From contig WELA01001020.1 of assembly GCA_009602735.1 (NCBI GenBank), positions 234,356-298,355 of the forward strand: a stretch of 64,000 nucleotides of DNA. The letters are read 5' to 3'. A program made the position numbers and the translations under genes. Below are positions 50,447 through 62,823 of this stretch, in pieces (the stretch's first letter is position 1; each line of letters starts with the position of its first letter). The notes beneath the pieces are model-generated. The model saw nothing but the letters and a program-made list of their open reading frames with translations. It did no database searches and was not told the DNA's origin. The stretch comes from Mesotaenium endlicherianum (lineage: Eukaryota).

Positions 50447-52557
50447 GGCGCGTCCAGCTCTGCTGCTGGCGGCACCGGGTCTCTCCCTGCCTCTCTTTCT
50501 CTCTGTATCACCTCCCTTCACTACTCCCCTTCAGAAGCGGGGGGCGCAGCGCGCGGCCTAGCAGCTGCTGCTGCAAGTGCTCGCATGGCTTCTTCTTCGG
50601 AGGCCTGTCACCTCTCCCCCGCCACTCGTCCTCCTCCTCCCCTCTGGAGGGACTGCCGGGAGAGACCCTCCGAGCTTGACAACAACAGCTTTCACGACGA
50701 GGTGGCGGGAGGCCGAGGCTGGGACAATGCTCGCGCGTGCCTGGGGGCTGGGGCTGAGAGGCTGGGGGATGCCACGATCAAGTGGAGGCTGAAGCCGTGA
50801 GTTGGAGACTGAGAGGGTGGGGATAGCCTCCAGCATCTTCACAGCCGGGGGAGGCAGCCAGCAGTGGGGTAGAGCGCCTGCAGCGGTGCAGGGGGGCGAG
50901 CCCTTGATGAGTTGTTGGTATGCAAATCAGCCCTGCGTGCAGAGGATGGGAAAGGTTGCTCAGATGCTTGCAGGGGCGTGCGGGGAGCAGCGGAGCACAG
51001 GGGGAGCACTACCCTGATGAATTTGGTGGAGGGAATCAAGGGGGCCTGACGTTGTGTACCGGATTGGACGCTGAGCCAATGTGTTAGGAATGTGCTCCTC
51101 TCTCATACTTGTGTGCACGTGTATCACTGCGTGTAGAACACCAGATACTTGGGAGTACATGCACTGCTGTGTCCGATCCATGCACTGCTGTGATGAAGCT
51201 GTCACTTTCCTGCCAGAGGCAAGAGTAGCGGTACTTGACGGGTTTGCGACACCGGCTTTCGCGTGGACGACACGTGCTCTATATATGCAGCTCAAGAGTA
51301 TGAGAGTATAGCTTAAGAGCTAGTCCAGGTTAGTTGAGTGGTAAGTACGAAACTATACCTTCTAACAATTACCAATATTACCAGAAAAAGATTCGTTCCC
51401 ACAAGGCTTGCATGCATGTTAGCAATAATCTCAAGTCACTAGGATTTGAGACGCAGATCCTGAACAAACTTGAGATTCCTTGTAGTCTGTGTCCGTGATA
51501 TCATGGGAATATACCTTAATTATTATAATTATCTTGCGGTGGGCCTCTATGTATGGCAAAGAAGACGCATTATATGGTGCTGCCAGTATGCATCTAGTGT
51601 ATACAGAAGGATCAAAAATAACAAAACCGCCCCCAATTTGGGCAGCATCGTCACACATGAAGATGGGAAGCAGAAAATATTGAGTTACAATTCCGTTATA
51701 AGGTGTGCAGAACTAGTGCACTCTGGAATGGGCGCAAGTATGTGCCTGTGTTGAAGACGGTCCTTTGCATTGAAAGCTTCATGCAGCGCTGTTTGCAATC
51801 GTAAAGGCCGACTTAAGAACGTGATCAATTGTAGGAAAGCTGGTGTTACTGCAGCATCGTTCGCAGTTATATAGACCAGGTTAGAACGTCCGGAGACGAG
51901 ACGGGTGCTCGGCGTTCTGAACTACGTGCTCGTAGTACCTTACAAGTGTTCGTAGTGCTGTGGTCAAGCATTCAGAACAAGCAAACCTGCCATGCATGAC
52001 TGAAAGCACATGGAAGCAACTTGAAGCCTTGAACCATGCCCACGATGAATGGAGACGGAATTCGTTAGACGAGTTTGAAGACAGATAGCGCGCATGTGAA
52101 CAACGGAGCTCGACTCGATTCTACCTTCTCAAGGGTCAAGTATCTTCATGGGTACCCGTCATTGGTAGGACGTTTAGTATTCGCAGGTCGACTTATAAGA
52201 GGCTTTGGTATAGAGGATGCACGCACGACGCCGAGTCCGGAGTTCCTGGTTGTAATGAGGCTACATATCATACGCCAATCGTTATGGAAGGTGCAATGTG
52301 ATACTCGCTTGTACGTGTCGTAGGCTCTTTGAAAGCCTACAATCTAGCAGGCAAAAGATTGAGGGAATGAATAAAAAATGCACCACATTTCATTGATATT
52401 GCACGTTATAAAAAGAGCATTTGTTATATCCTTGGAACTAATTTCCTTCTTCCTACACCAAATTACGCTGTACCATCAATAAGAGCTTGTCACACCAGCT
52501 AGCAGCAAAAAACCTCTAGAAACCTGGAACCTCAAAAACCTGGAGAATGTAATCACA

Positions 52558-55500
52558 CTAATTCTTCCATACTTCACGAAGCTGTGCCATGTGGAGGAGA
52601 AGGTTGTCCCTCCCCATCTTAGTAGCCGAGCTTGTCATCACCCACGGGGGCGGCTCAGAGTAAATGTGAGAGATGGCAGCCTCAAATGCCTCGATATTCT
52701 CCTCAACTGGCACGCCCCCATTCTTCTTCTTCTTCTTCTTGTCGCACTTCGTGAAGACAAGTGTCACGGGAATCTGCGAAAGTGGACAAGCTGAGCTGCA
52801 ATTCAGGCACTGCAATGATCTTCTTCATGTTATTGATGGACTTGGAGATGACAGCCCTATGTCGCTTACAGCAGAACATAAATGCTGCTCACGAGCAGAT
52901 GTGATATACGACACTGTAGACAAGCGTCTGTCTAGTAGAACAAGAATTGAATACTGAAATTTGTTGACAGGTGTGGAGGAACAAGCCCTTCTTGTTAACT
53001 CATCCAGATGGTGAGGCTGACAGGATGAAAAGGGATTCGTGCAGCAATTTGCGTTGATTCTGACACGAACGTACTCTGAGGCAACAGCAGCAGCAGCAGC
53101 AGCAGATAGTGCTCCAGCAGACACTTCAATGCCCTCATAACCTAGTTCGGTCTGTGTTAGAGGCAAGACTCAGCAGAAGCCCAATCTTCTGCTCCTCATT
53201 CGCACTTCACCCCCTTTACGCTACATTGTACCTGGGAATAAGACTGACATCACTTCAAGTCCGACCAAAGAAATGAGCAACATGAGCTTTCTCTCTCGCT
53301 GGTTGGAGAGGCCGGGGGAGGGGGGGCGAGGGGGACTCCGTGTGTGGATGAGAGAGGGTCCAACGCAGGGCACGCGGCCATAAGCTCAAGTGTCGGGGTT
53401 ACCTCGTTGCGGCCCAGCCAATCGACGCACTCGAGGTCAATCTGCTGGGGCGGGATGCTAGCATCCACCAGGAGCATGACGGCCACCAGGTTGTCCCTCT
53501 TCAAAAAGTAGTCCTTGGTGAAGTCGTTCCACCCCGTCCTGACCGCCACGGGCGCTTTTGCAAAGCTGCAGGCAGCATGAGCGCGCACGCAATTTGACAG
53601 CAAATGTTCGTGCTTGAGGAAGAGGGGGAGACAGAGAGAGGGATTGATTGGGCATAACCATTTATGGGGAAAAGGACGAAGGAGGGGGAGGCCGGTTTGG
53701 GGGGAGGTGTCATGACAAGAACAGCATTCGGTGTTAAACCCAGGACTTTCAGCAGAACCTTCGATCTTGGAGCCCAAGCAGACATTTCGGCGCTTAGCCC
53801 AAATGGAGAGCAAATACACTCAACAGCGTATCATGGAGTGCTGCCAGACAAGACACATCCCTAGTTCATACTGGAGGCGACTTGTGCATGCAGTTGACAC
53901 AAATTCAACCAAGCACAAGTCAATCGGCATGCTCGACAACCCCTTCAATCCCCGGCCGGCTAACCACCAGCACGATGTCTGAGATTGTTCGGCGGACTAC
54001 ACAGTCAGGCCAGGGAGAGGAGAGAGCAATGTCAAAGAGATGCCAGCATGCGCGTTGATTCAACGGTATATACGCGCGCTTATCAGCCCTTAAAGGAAAT
54101 CTCTGCCTGCCTGCCTGCCTGCCTTCCTGACTCACTCACTGACCGACTCAATGACTGACTGGCTGATAGACTGACAGGCACCGATGTACCGACAAGGGAC
54201 AGAGGGGCGAACGGGTGCGGGGGGGTGACTCACCCGTATCCAGGGAGGTCGACGATGTACCACTTGTGGTTGATGAGGAAATGGTTGATCAGCTGCGTCT
54301 TGCCTGCATGCACCACTCCACCCGCCCATGCACTTAAGAACAGAACCGAGAGACTCCAAATACAAATGCTTGTACCTGAGCCCCTGAGCCCCAAGCCCTA
54401 AACCTCTGCCTCAAATGCCAGATTTGAGCCCTGTTCTGAAAACCCTGTGCTCAAACCCTGGCACTAAGCACTACCCTGGGCCCGGGGATTGACAGGTGTC
54501 TTCTCATCCAGGCAGAACACACACACCCTCACTTCCTCCCAGAGAGCGGGAATCTGGTGCCAGCAGGCCAGATGTGCCACGTCTCTTTACCTGAAGCTCT
54601 ACCAATTACGTCCTCTACATGGTGAAGGACCGCCCGTACCCAAAGCACTGGTAAATACCAGAGCTCTGCGAGGGTGAGACACCTCTGCGTGACCTCCCAG
54701 CGTTGTGGCACACCATGCGACAACGTGGGATCTATTCAAGAACTGTCAGGTTCTCCCCAGACAATCCATTACTCTGTCAACAGGCTGCCGGCAGTACAAG
54801 ATCCGATTCCTCCCCATAGCATCCATCCGTCTGCTGCTGTCCTCTTCCAGTCCGTTACCTGCTGTCCGCTGCTTGTCCTCCCTGGGCCTGTGCACCATCG
54901 TCAGAGGCCTAAGTCCCCTCCGCGTCTGAGCAGCCTGTATGCGCTACGGTTCACCCCTTCTGCACTTGCAGCTGCGGCTCTGACATCTGTCTACAACCTA
55001 CATCTACCACCACCCCCCCGCCCCACTCCCCCTCCCTCCNNNNNNNNNNNNNNNNNNNNNNNNNNNNNNNNNNNNNNNNNNNNNNNNNNNNNNNNNNNNN
55101 NNNNNNNNNNNNNNNNNNNNNNNNNNNNNNNNNNNNNNNNNNNNNNNNNNNNNNNNNNNNNNNNNNNNNNNNNNNNNNNNNNNNNNNNNNNNNNNNNNNN
55201 NNNNNNNNNNNNNNNNNNNNNNCCCCCCGCGCCTCCCTCTCCCTTATCCAAGCCCTAGCTTCCTTCAGAAGCCTTGACCCTGGAACATGCATTCAAAATA
55301 TGTCTCTTAGCCTCTACTGGACTGCAGCACACTCTCAGTGCAGGAGGTTGAGAGCCGCAGAACCAGTTGGCCTGGAGTCAGCCTGCCCCTAAAAGGGCAG
55401 TGGCAGGTAGGACAAGACGTGGAGAGGCAAGGAGCCTCTCAGTCAACGGAGCTGCAGGCACTGCTACACTCAGCACACACACAGTAGCAGCTCCCGTGGC

Positions 55501-56526
55501 CGTGCATGCATGGTGCCCTTGTCCCTCTGCTGGTTCTCAAGTCAGGCCATGCCTGGGGGCTCAGGGAGTGGTGCCGGGGCTATGGCCTTAGGCGAGATGT
55601 GTCGCTGTTGTGAGGTTACAGGTGATATCAGTGACATATTAACAAGTCCCTCTAGTTACTTAACTGTACTCGAGCTGCACAGTGGGTCCCACGTATAGCA
55701 TGGGAGAAAACTAGGGAAAGTGGCAGGAGCAGGTGTGGCAGCGAGTGAGCAAGATGAGCAAGAGGTGCTGCTGACCTGGCCGCTTGGAGGTCTCCGCAAG
55801 GTCTCTGCGGTTGACCAGCATGTTGATGAGAGAGGACTTGCCCACGTTTGACCGACCCACCAGGGCAAACTCGGGCCTACCGTCCTGAGGGCACTGGGAG
55901 ACGTCCGCACTGCTCTTGATGAACTGTGCCACCTTGACCTTTGACGACGCACCGGCTGGCAGCATCAAATTGGTGCCATCTGGCCTGACAAGTTCAGAGC
56001 CGACCTCGACATCCAAGTGGTCTGGGAGAACTATCTCCTGCAGGCCTCCATGAAAGTCTTCCTCATCCCCTCCCTTTGGGGAAAGAGTGTTTTCCAGTTC
56101 TGGCTCTTTGTCGCCTAATTGGCTGCCCACGTCTACCTCAGTCTCCACTTCTCTGTTTCCTGCTACAACTGTGGCGCAAAATTGTCTCTGGTGTCCCCTT
56201 CCTGCCTTGGCCTCCACCCCCGGAGCCAGGAGGATACCCTTGTTTCCGCTCAACCCATAATTGCTACTGGTGCTTCCTTTACTTGAACCCGGAAAGCCTG
56301 TGGAAGACTGAAAATACTGCTCGCTGGGAGAGTTCGAAGCTATGTATGAGGGTGAACGACCTGAACTGTAACTTCTGACGGCTGGAAGTGCTTGCCAGTG
56401 CAAACTTGTCCAACTTGACTGGGTGCTGACTCCTGGAAGTGAGTCTGAAATCTGGCAAAAGCATCCAGCAGAAGATAGGTTCTGCAATAGCCCTACGCTC
56501 CTGGCCTGTAAAGAAATGCCAGCCAT
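52558..56526 (-). CDS. engB: EngB/YihA(YsxC)-family ribosome biogenesis GTPase with long N-terminal organelle-targeting extension
   Basis: Exons 56526-55776, 54303-54234, 53565-53403, 52773-52558. G1 [32 protein letters not shown]3 VDLPGYGFA, LLVDAS, G4 [22 protein letters not shown]. Start ATG (MAGISLQ) inferred; an upstream in-frame ATG also exists. Confidence 0.95.
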
Positions 56527-57007
56527 CTCTGTAGTCAAGAGCGCCCTGCAAGCATCCAAGGACAATTTCTTCGAGCCGTCAGTCAGCTGCTTAAATAAAT
56601 GATATCTCCAGCGCATCTGACAGCGGCGCACTCCTGTCCCCTGGCTTTTGCGCAGCGTTAAGATGGAGCTCCTAATATCTCTGAGATGAATTGCCGTCAC
56701 AATTGAGCGACAACGCCAGTCCCAGAGGAAGTACACGAGAGATTCGAAGCGTTGAGCTGCCTTCAGCAGCCTTCAGCTGCCTTAAGCTGTGGAAGGTGCC
56801 ACTTCGATATATGACTTGACCGGACTATGGTCTGATGGAAAGCGGTCTCACGTGGTACCTCTTGGATTTAAACGTAGTGTTCGATCTCGTTAAGTGATAA
56901 TTGGTGCATCGGAAATATCTATATACGCTCACTTCACATCTGAATTGCGAAGACCAAATTAGCATGTAAGTTCATTCTCGTTAACGTCTGCACCTTGTTA
57001 TAGGGTC
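56527..57007. promoter_or_regulatory. Short divergent intergenic region (probable bidirectional promoter) between EngB and GET1
   Basis: Start codons 56526(-) and 57008(+) are ~480 bp apart. Contains a CACGTG box (~56849), TA-rich TATATA near 56920, and a 10-bp tandem repeat (AGCTGCCTTC)x3.5 at 56755-56789. Confidence 0.55.
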
Positions 57008-60000
57008 ATGGTACAGTTAGAGTATCAAGAAACGGCACACGCAGGGAACGGGGTGACGCATGGTGCGAAACATTCTAACTTGCTGGCACCGGCTATCTTC
57101 CTGGCTGTCTGTGCCGTAGAGTTCTGTTTGAATTACTTGCAGCTTCACCTAGCAGTAAGTAGAGCGCCTTTAGCTCACTTGATTCTTTACTTTCTTTATC
57201 CCCCTTAACCTTTCGAAGTTATGACAATGGTATATCAACCTGCTGTGCTCTGGGGAATGGTTCAGTATGGATCAAGAGCGTTTGACGTGTGACTATGTTT
57301 TAGCTTCTTCCTTCCTTTTGTTTTGTGGGAGGAGAATAAGACGAAGTGGGTGCTGATGAAGTAACCGTAAGGTTGTCTAAATGCGTGTCTCTTTTACATG
57401 TAAAGAGTACGTAAGGCAAAGTATTTACGCGCTTATATATGCCAGAATCTCTCTATATGCCGATCATATGTATGTTCATGGCACTTAATTTGAAAGGTGT
57501 GGAAGTTCTTGGGCCACGTTAGATTGGTATGTGTAAGATACATATGCCCTTCCAATGTGATGACTAGGTAAAGTAGCTGGCAAGTGCGCCTCCATGGTTA
57601 CCAGCTACTGCGGCCTTTTCACCATTCTCTGTCATCCTCTCGCGACCTTTCACTGTTGCTTAGATTGGCGATCTCGCAGGCGGGCAGGCCAAGCAGACAA
57701 GAGATCAAGCTGCAGGCAGAGCTGAGAGATCTTCGCAGAAAAGCTGAAAGCCTCAACACGTAAGGCTTCCTTTGGGACCTGTAATCTTCAAATGTGGACC
57801 GCTGCTGCACCAGCTACCATCCAAATCTCGCCTCCCTCTCCATCAAGCATGTCCCTCATTTGTTTGCATACTTCATGTCCACGTTTTCTGCACGCATGTA
57901 CTTGTGTGCTAGCATACGTGTATGTCGACACACGCATATATGACTGCATAACATATGGTGTAAATATGTAGTCAGTAAATTTGTTATTGTGTGTTCTAGA
58001 CATATTGTATGCCAGAAGGGCTGCCTTCTCCGGACAAACTTCTAACAGAACAAATGTGTGCAGGCCTGACACGTTCGCCAAAGCTGCAAAGTTCCAGCGT
58101 GCCGCTGCAGCCAAAGAGAAGGAGCTCAATGCGCGTGCGTGATGCAGATTCAACACCCACCCCGGCTCCTCTTCCTGATGTGCTTGTGCTGCTCTTGTAT
58201 ACTCTGGATGCAGGCAACCATTAATAGCATGAAGGATAGAAGCACGTGACAAAAGAGTGTGACCTTTTCGTCATCTTCATCTTCTCGAGGACCTTACCTG
58301 CGGGGACTGCTTTGCTTAGTGACACTGGGGCGCTGTGTATCTACTATTTCTATTTCTGCTTGTTTTAGAAGTACTGTGTGCCTGCACATGAGCATCGACA
58401 TCTGCTCCGCTTGGAATCTAGACCATCCCGACTGCTAGCAGCAAGCCCGTTTAAAGTGAACCTTGTGGCACTCACCTTCTGCTCCATAGGGATGGCATCG
58501 TCGACTCGATGTTCTGAGTGTTTGCCGCCATGTTCACGAGTTACTATACACATTGCAAGTGATGAAAAAACACGCAGGCAGCTGCAGCCTGAATTCGCCC
58601 AGCGTCTTTCTCTGCCGCCCACGACGATGCTTGCTGGCACACGCTGGCGATGCTGCTGAGGGAGGCTTCAGGTGTCGCTCGTTGTGTAAGTTTCTGAGTC
58701 CAGTCGTAGGCTGACCTGGACGATGCTACTTGGTCTGCGCAGTGAGAGAAGGAGCGCCCCAGAGCCTGGCCAGGCCGCTCATCCGGCAGGCCCTGGTTGC
58801 AGTCGTTAAGGTCAGTCGACGTCAGACCAAAAGGATCGCGGAGGGTCCTTTCTCGCTTGCCTGCGTGTGCAGTGAATGCTATTTGCCAAGTTCGTATTGC
58901 TTTGGGGGCAGGGGTGGCACCAGGTTGCTTCACAGAGGTCACTTCTAATATCCCAGCCATCGCCATAACCATACTCCGCAGCCATAGCCACTGTTGTGTC
59001 AGTAGCCATATTGCACCTGCAGACTTGCTAATGGCCACGCCCACAGCCAGGACCATGGCCCCATTTAGCAATTAACCACTTCCTGCTGGCTCTCCTGTTT
59101 ATCTTTGGAAGCAAAGCAAGGATGCATAGTGAAGATGCACTGCCCCTTGACCTGGAGGTGCCGTTTGTCCACCATGAGAGTGTCGGCTGATGCTGGTGGG
59201 GTGGTGTTTCAGGCGGGATTGTATGGGGGGCTTTTGTGTGCATTCTGGCACACACCCATCCTTGTTGTGCCGCCTTCTCTAGTGTACCCTTTTGGTGAGT
59301 GAGTCTGGAGACACTCCCTCCCTCGCCCTCCCCCCCTCCCGCCCTCCCTGCCTCCCTCCCTCTCTCTATCTCTCTCTCTGTACCTGCTTTAGTGTGTGCC
59401 TGTGTACTGTTGATGAAACCCAGCTCTAACAGCATGCGGTAATATAGAAAAGGCCATAGTGGCAGAGACGCCAGTCATAAGCATGACCAGCACACTCCAC
59501 GACTGCTAGCTCGCCGCTCCCTCTCTCTTGCTTGATGCGTGGCTCTTCATACAGCAGCAGGTGTCAGTTTGTTAGCTCCAAGGGGCTGGCCAGCGCTGGC
59601 CATGCCTGCTGGTGAGAATTTCAAGAGCGCTACAGAGGTGGAGGGGTGCTTCCAGTGGGGCGCAAGCCCACGTCCCAGGCTCAGAAGCTCGACCTTGTGC
59701 AGAAGTGTGCGCCCAGCCATTGAGTGGGAGCATGAGCCTGGGTCTCCATAGATTTCTTTCCTTGAAATTGTTTGGCCGTGAAGCAGTGGCACGACCTGCC
59801 GCGGCAGTCAGCTCGGTGACGGTGTCTGACGACCTGTGTCCCCACCGTGTGTTTCTGCCACGTGGCTACAACAGGAGGCTGGCTGGCGTTTCCGAAGGGC
59901 TCGCTGTGGCAGGGGGGCGGCGCTGTAAGTAGTTGTAGTTGCCTTCCCTAAGCCTGCCCGTGCTCCTGCCTCTGCCGCTTGCATTGCCCTGATCTCTGTA

Positions 60001-60182
60001 GACTGATCGTCGTCCTTGATCATTCTCGTGCAAGTGGAGGTGGTGTGCTCTCCTCTGGACCTTCTTTTGGGAGGCTGATGAGAAAGCTGCTTCTCATTCT
60101 GTGGGTGCAGCTCGCGATAGGGCCCTGGCTGGTGCTCTGCTCGCGCGTCAGCAACTATATCTGGGCTGCCAGCAAAAAGTAA
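57008..60182 (+). CDS. GET1: Tail-anchored protein insertase receptor GET1/WRB
   Basis: Exons 57008-57154, 57680-57759, 58064-58134, 58743-58810, 59213-59298, 59752-~59821, 60111-60182. Protein: ...LLAPAIFLAVCAVEF (TM1)...QEIKLQAELRDLRRKAESLNTPDTFAKAAKFQRAAAAKEKEL (coiled coil)...LYGGLLCAFWHTPILVVPPSLVYPFG...AIGPWLVLCSRVSNYIW. This matches the plant GET1 pattern (P.TFA.AAK..R.A..KEKEL; FW.TP; PFG; PWL.L..RVS.Y). Confidence 0.92.
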
Positions 60183-61768
60183 TGACTTCTGGCACTGCCC
60201 CAAGTAGGGCGAGGAGGGGAGAAGGAGTGGCTAGCCTCTATGCATCCTCCCTGTGGCCTCAGCCAGGCAGGCCAGCTGGCAGCATTTGTATGGAACGGCC
60301 CCTGTGTGGAGGTGTAGGGGTTGGCAGGACCAAGGAGGAGCGCACCTTTTTTCAGGAGCTTCAGACCAAGGCCGACTCTTTGAGCGATTTGCCAGCCGAA
60401 ATGTGTCCAGTAATGTAGGTGGAAAAGAGGGTTTCAGACGCGGAGCGGCTTAGTGGTGCATCTAGCTTGGATGAAGTGACAGCAACAAGTGAGGCTTGGT
60501 AGAGAAGAGAGTGCTTTTACAGCTATTTGGGCAGACCCACGTGGCTGGCAGAAATTTTCATTTGGTCTGAGCTGCCTTCCCAGACCAGCTGTCTGTCCCT
60601 TCTCTCAAGTAGCTCATAATTTGTGTGAGGGCTTGTTGGACGAAGTACTGGACATATTGATAAGTAATGCTTAGAAGTGAGTCATATAGCAGAACTCAGG
60701 AGCAGATCTTCATTGTAAAGTTGTAATTTAACAATCTTACCTTGCCAATGTGAAGTTTTTTTCGCTACCAGCATCTGTGTTCTGGGTCGCTCCTTAGGAT
60801 CCATCTCTTTTCACGTTTTAGTAGTAGAAGGCACTACTGTGTGTGGTATGCTTGCATTCTTGCACACTCTAGAGATCGATGTGCTCCATGATTGCATTCT
60901 TGCATGTCTAAGTGATCAATCTGTTCTTTTTCTAATCATTCCCTGTTTCTAATTAGACTACAGAGCTACCTATTGTTTGCAATTACAAAGAAAATTAGTA
61001 ACAATCTTAACGGTTGTGGAAGACCTGTATTTTATTTGTTGTGCATGGACGTCAGGCAGTATTTTCCCGAAAATAGACGCAGCTGTAAAAGCCCCTGATA
61101 CCATGTGCATTCTCTGAGGCTATGTGAAAAAGGACATGCAGTTTGCACACCATTAGCGCCTTGTTTTCGGTCGTGTATAGACGCAAATGTGTGTCGCTTG
61201 CCAGCGAAGCAGCAGCGAAGCTACCAACTCGAAACAAATAGGGGAGGAGGTATTAAGACGTGTCACTTGTCACTTGTTACATGCAGACACTACTAATGTG
61301 GGATGATCCGCTACACAGAACGACGAGCTCTTTCTCGATCTACATGAATTTTTGCCATGCATTTACAATTGTATAAATATTGCTAGCCCTAAGATCGAAA
61401 AACTTGTTACTTTTAGAGAAGGCTGGAGGCCCTTGGGCAGAAGTTGGCTTCATAAAAATGCGTGGACCTCCCTCGTTGCACTTACTTGCTCCTTCTTGTT
61501 ATTTCTCTTGCAGCTCGCTATTGTCCATCTAACAAAGGGGGTTTCATCCTGAACAAATCACAGATCTGCAGGAGTATTCAGTGTTGATATATAGAGAGAG
61601 TTAACTTGTTGTTGAGGGAGTCTCTTACTTGGCAACCTGTCGTTTGAGGATTGCTATGAGAGGCATTTCACGAGAGGCATTTCAGCAATCCTCGATCTCA
61701 GAAGCAGGGCTGCGTGACCTTCATGCACAGCGCGCTCGTCTTGGTCAATTTTGCCCGTGTGCTCAGTG

Positions 61769-62497
61769 ATGGCCGACGTGAACGATGTCTTCGACTCAGC
61801 CTTGGATTTAGAGGGCATGCATGTTAAGGATGGCTATGAAGAAGGCTATAGGTGGGTCAAAATTCCAAATCATGTTCACTATTTGCTTAAGTATATAACA
61901 TTGGGGAAATTTCGATATGCTTGGTAGCAGATTGTCCTTCTTGGGCCCTCATATTGCTTCCTTAGCACCCTCCCTTGTCTGGCGCTTTTGCAACAAGCAA
62001 GTACGACAGCACTTGCAAAATAAACCATGTGCAAGCCATGTATTGCTCTCAAATATCACGCTGGCACATGGAGCTCCTAACTGTTTCACCACACGTTTGA
62101 CGTGAGCATTTGCATTTGAACTTCATTTTCTGGAGAACCAAGTCATATTCAGCCAGGGCTTGTGCATGGCAACTGAGATTCCCTCGTGGCCGCTCTGCCG
62201 AGAGGTTGCCTTGGGCAGGGAGGGCATGGTGTCCGGAGTGCATGAGGGACGAGAAGTGGGTCTTAAGAGTGGATTCGAAATGGGTATGCTTTTCAACCAC
62301 CCTTCAGCGGCTTCAGCCTCTTGTGCCTCTTCAATTCCTTCAACACTTTCAGCCCTTCAAACCCCAAAGCCCTGCGCCCCCCCTTGCCTCAGCCCCGAGT
62401 CACAAGCCCCTGGAGCCCACACCCCTGACCTCCAGCTGCCAGGGGGGTGGTGCTGTGCATCCTATTGGATTTGTTAGATCTTAGACAGGCTTCTTGG

Positions 62498-62539
<42 letters not shown>

Positions 62540-62823
62540 TGTGTGCGCGCGCACGCGCGTGCGTGCACGCATAGCTGCGAATGCCTCCTGGGCTCTAGTA
62601 GGCGGATATGCGTCCACTTAGTGGGGAGCCACTTCTGCTGGCGTAAGATGGTCAGCCAGAAGCACCGAAAGCCTCACACTGTATGTGTGTATGTGCGTGT
62701 GTGCTCGCAATTGTTTTTTTGGGTCGATGCACACATTGAAGGGGAGGAGGTGGGGTTCTACAAGGGGTGCCTGCGGGTCTGGAAGGCCGTCCTTGCCAAG
62801 GATGAGTCAGCATTTTCCTCCAG
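61769..62823 (+). CDS. LTO1: LTO1/ORAOV1 homolog (Yae1_N deca-GX3 motif protein), 3' part outside window
   Basis: Exons 61769-61851, 62219-62283, 62742-62823 splice in phase to MADVNDVFDSALDLEGMHVKDGYEEGYREGMVSGVHEGREVGLKSGFEMGEEVGFYKGCLRVW..., showing the GxxxG repeat and GxEVGFYxGC..W. Confidence 0.9.
62500..62570. repeat. (TG)n microsatellite followed by (CG)/(CGTG) units in LTO1 intron
   Basis: Direct inspection. Confidence 0.9.

Noticed and set aside
54370..54480. Telomere-like CCCTAAA/AAACCCT words
   Set aside because: Isolated degenerate words, not a tandem array.
12593..62823. Functional cluster of ribosome-biogenesis genes (BRX1, EngB, LTO1)
   Set aside because: They act in different compartments and are interspersed with unrelated genes; consistent with chance in a gene-dense genome.
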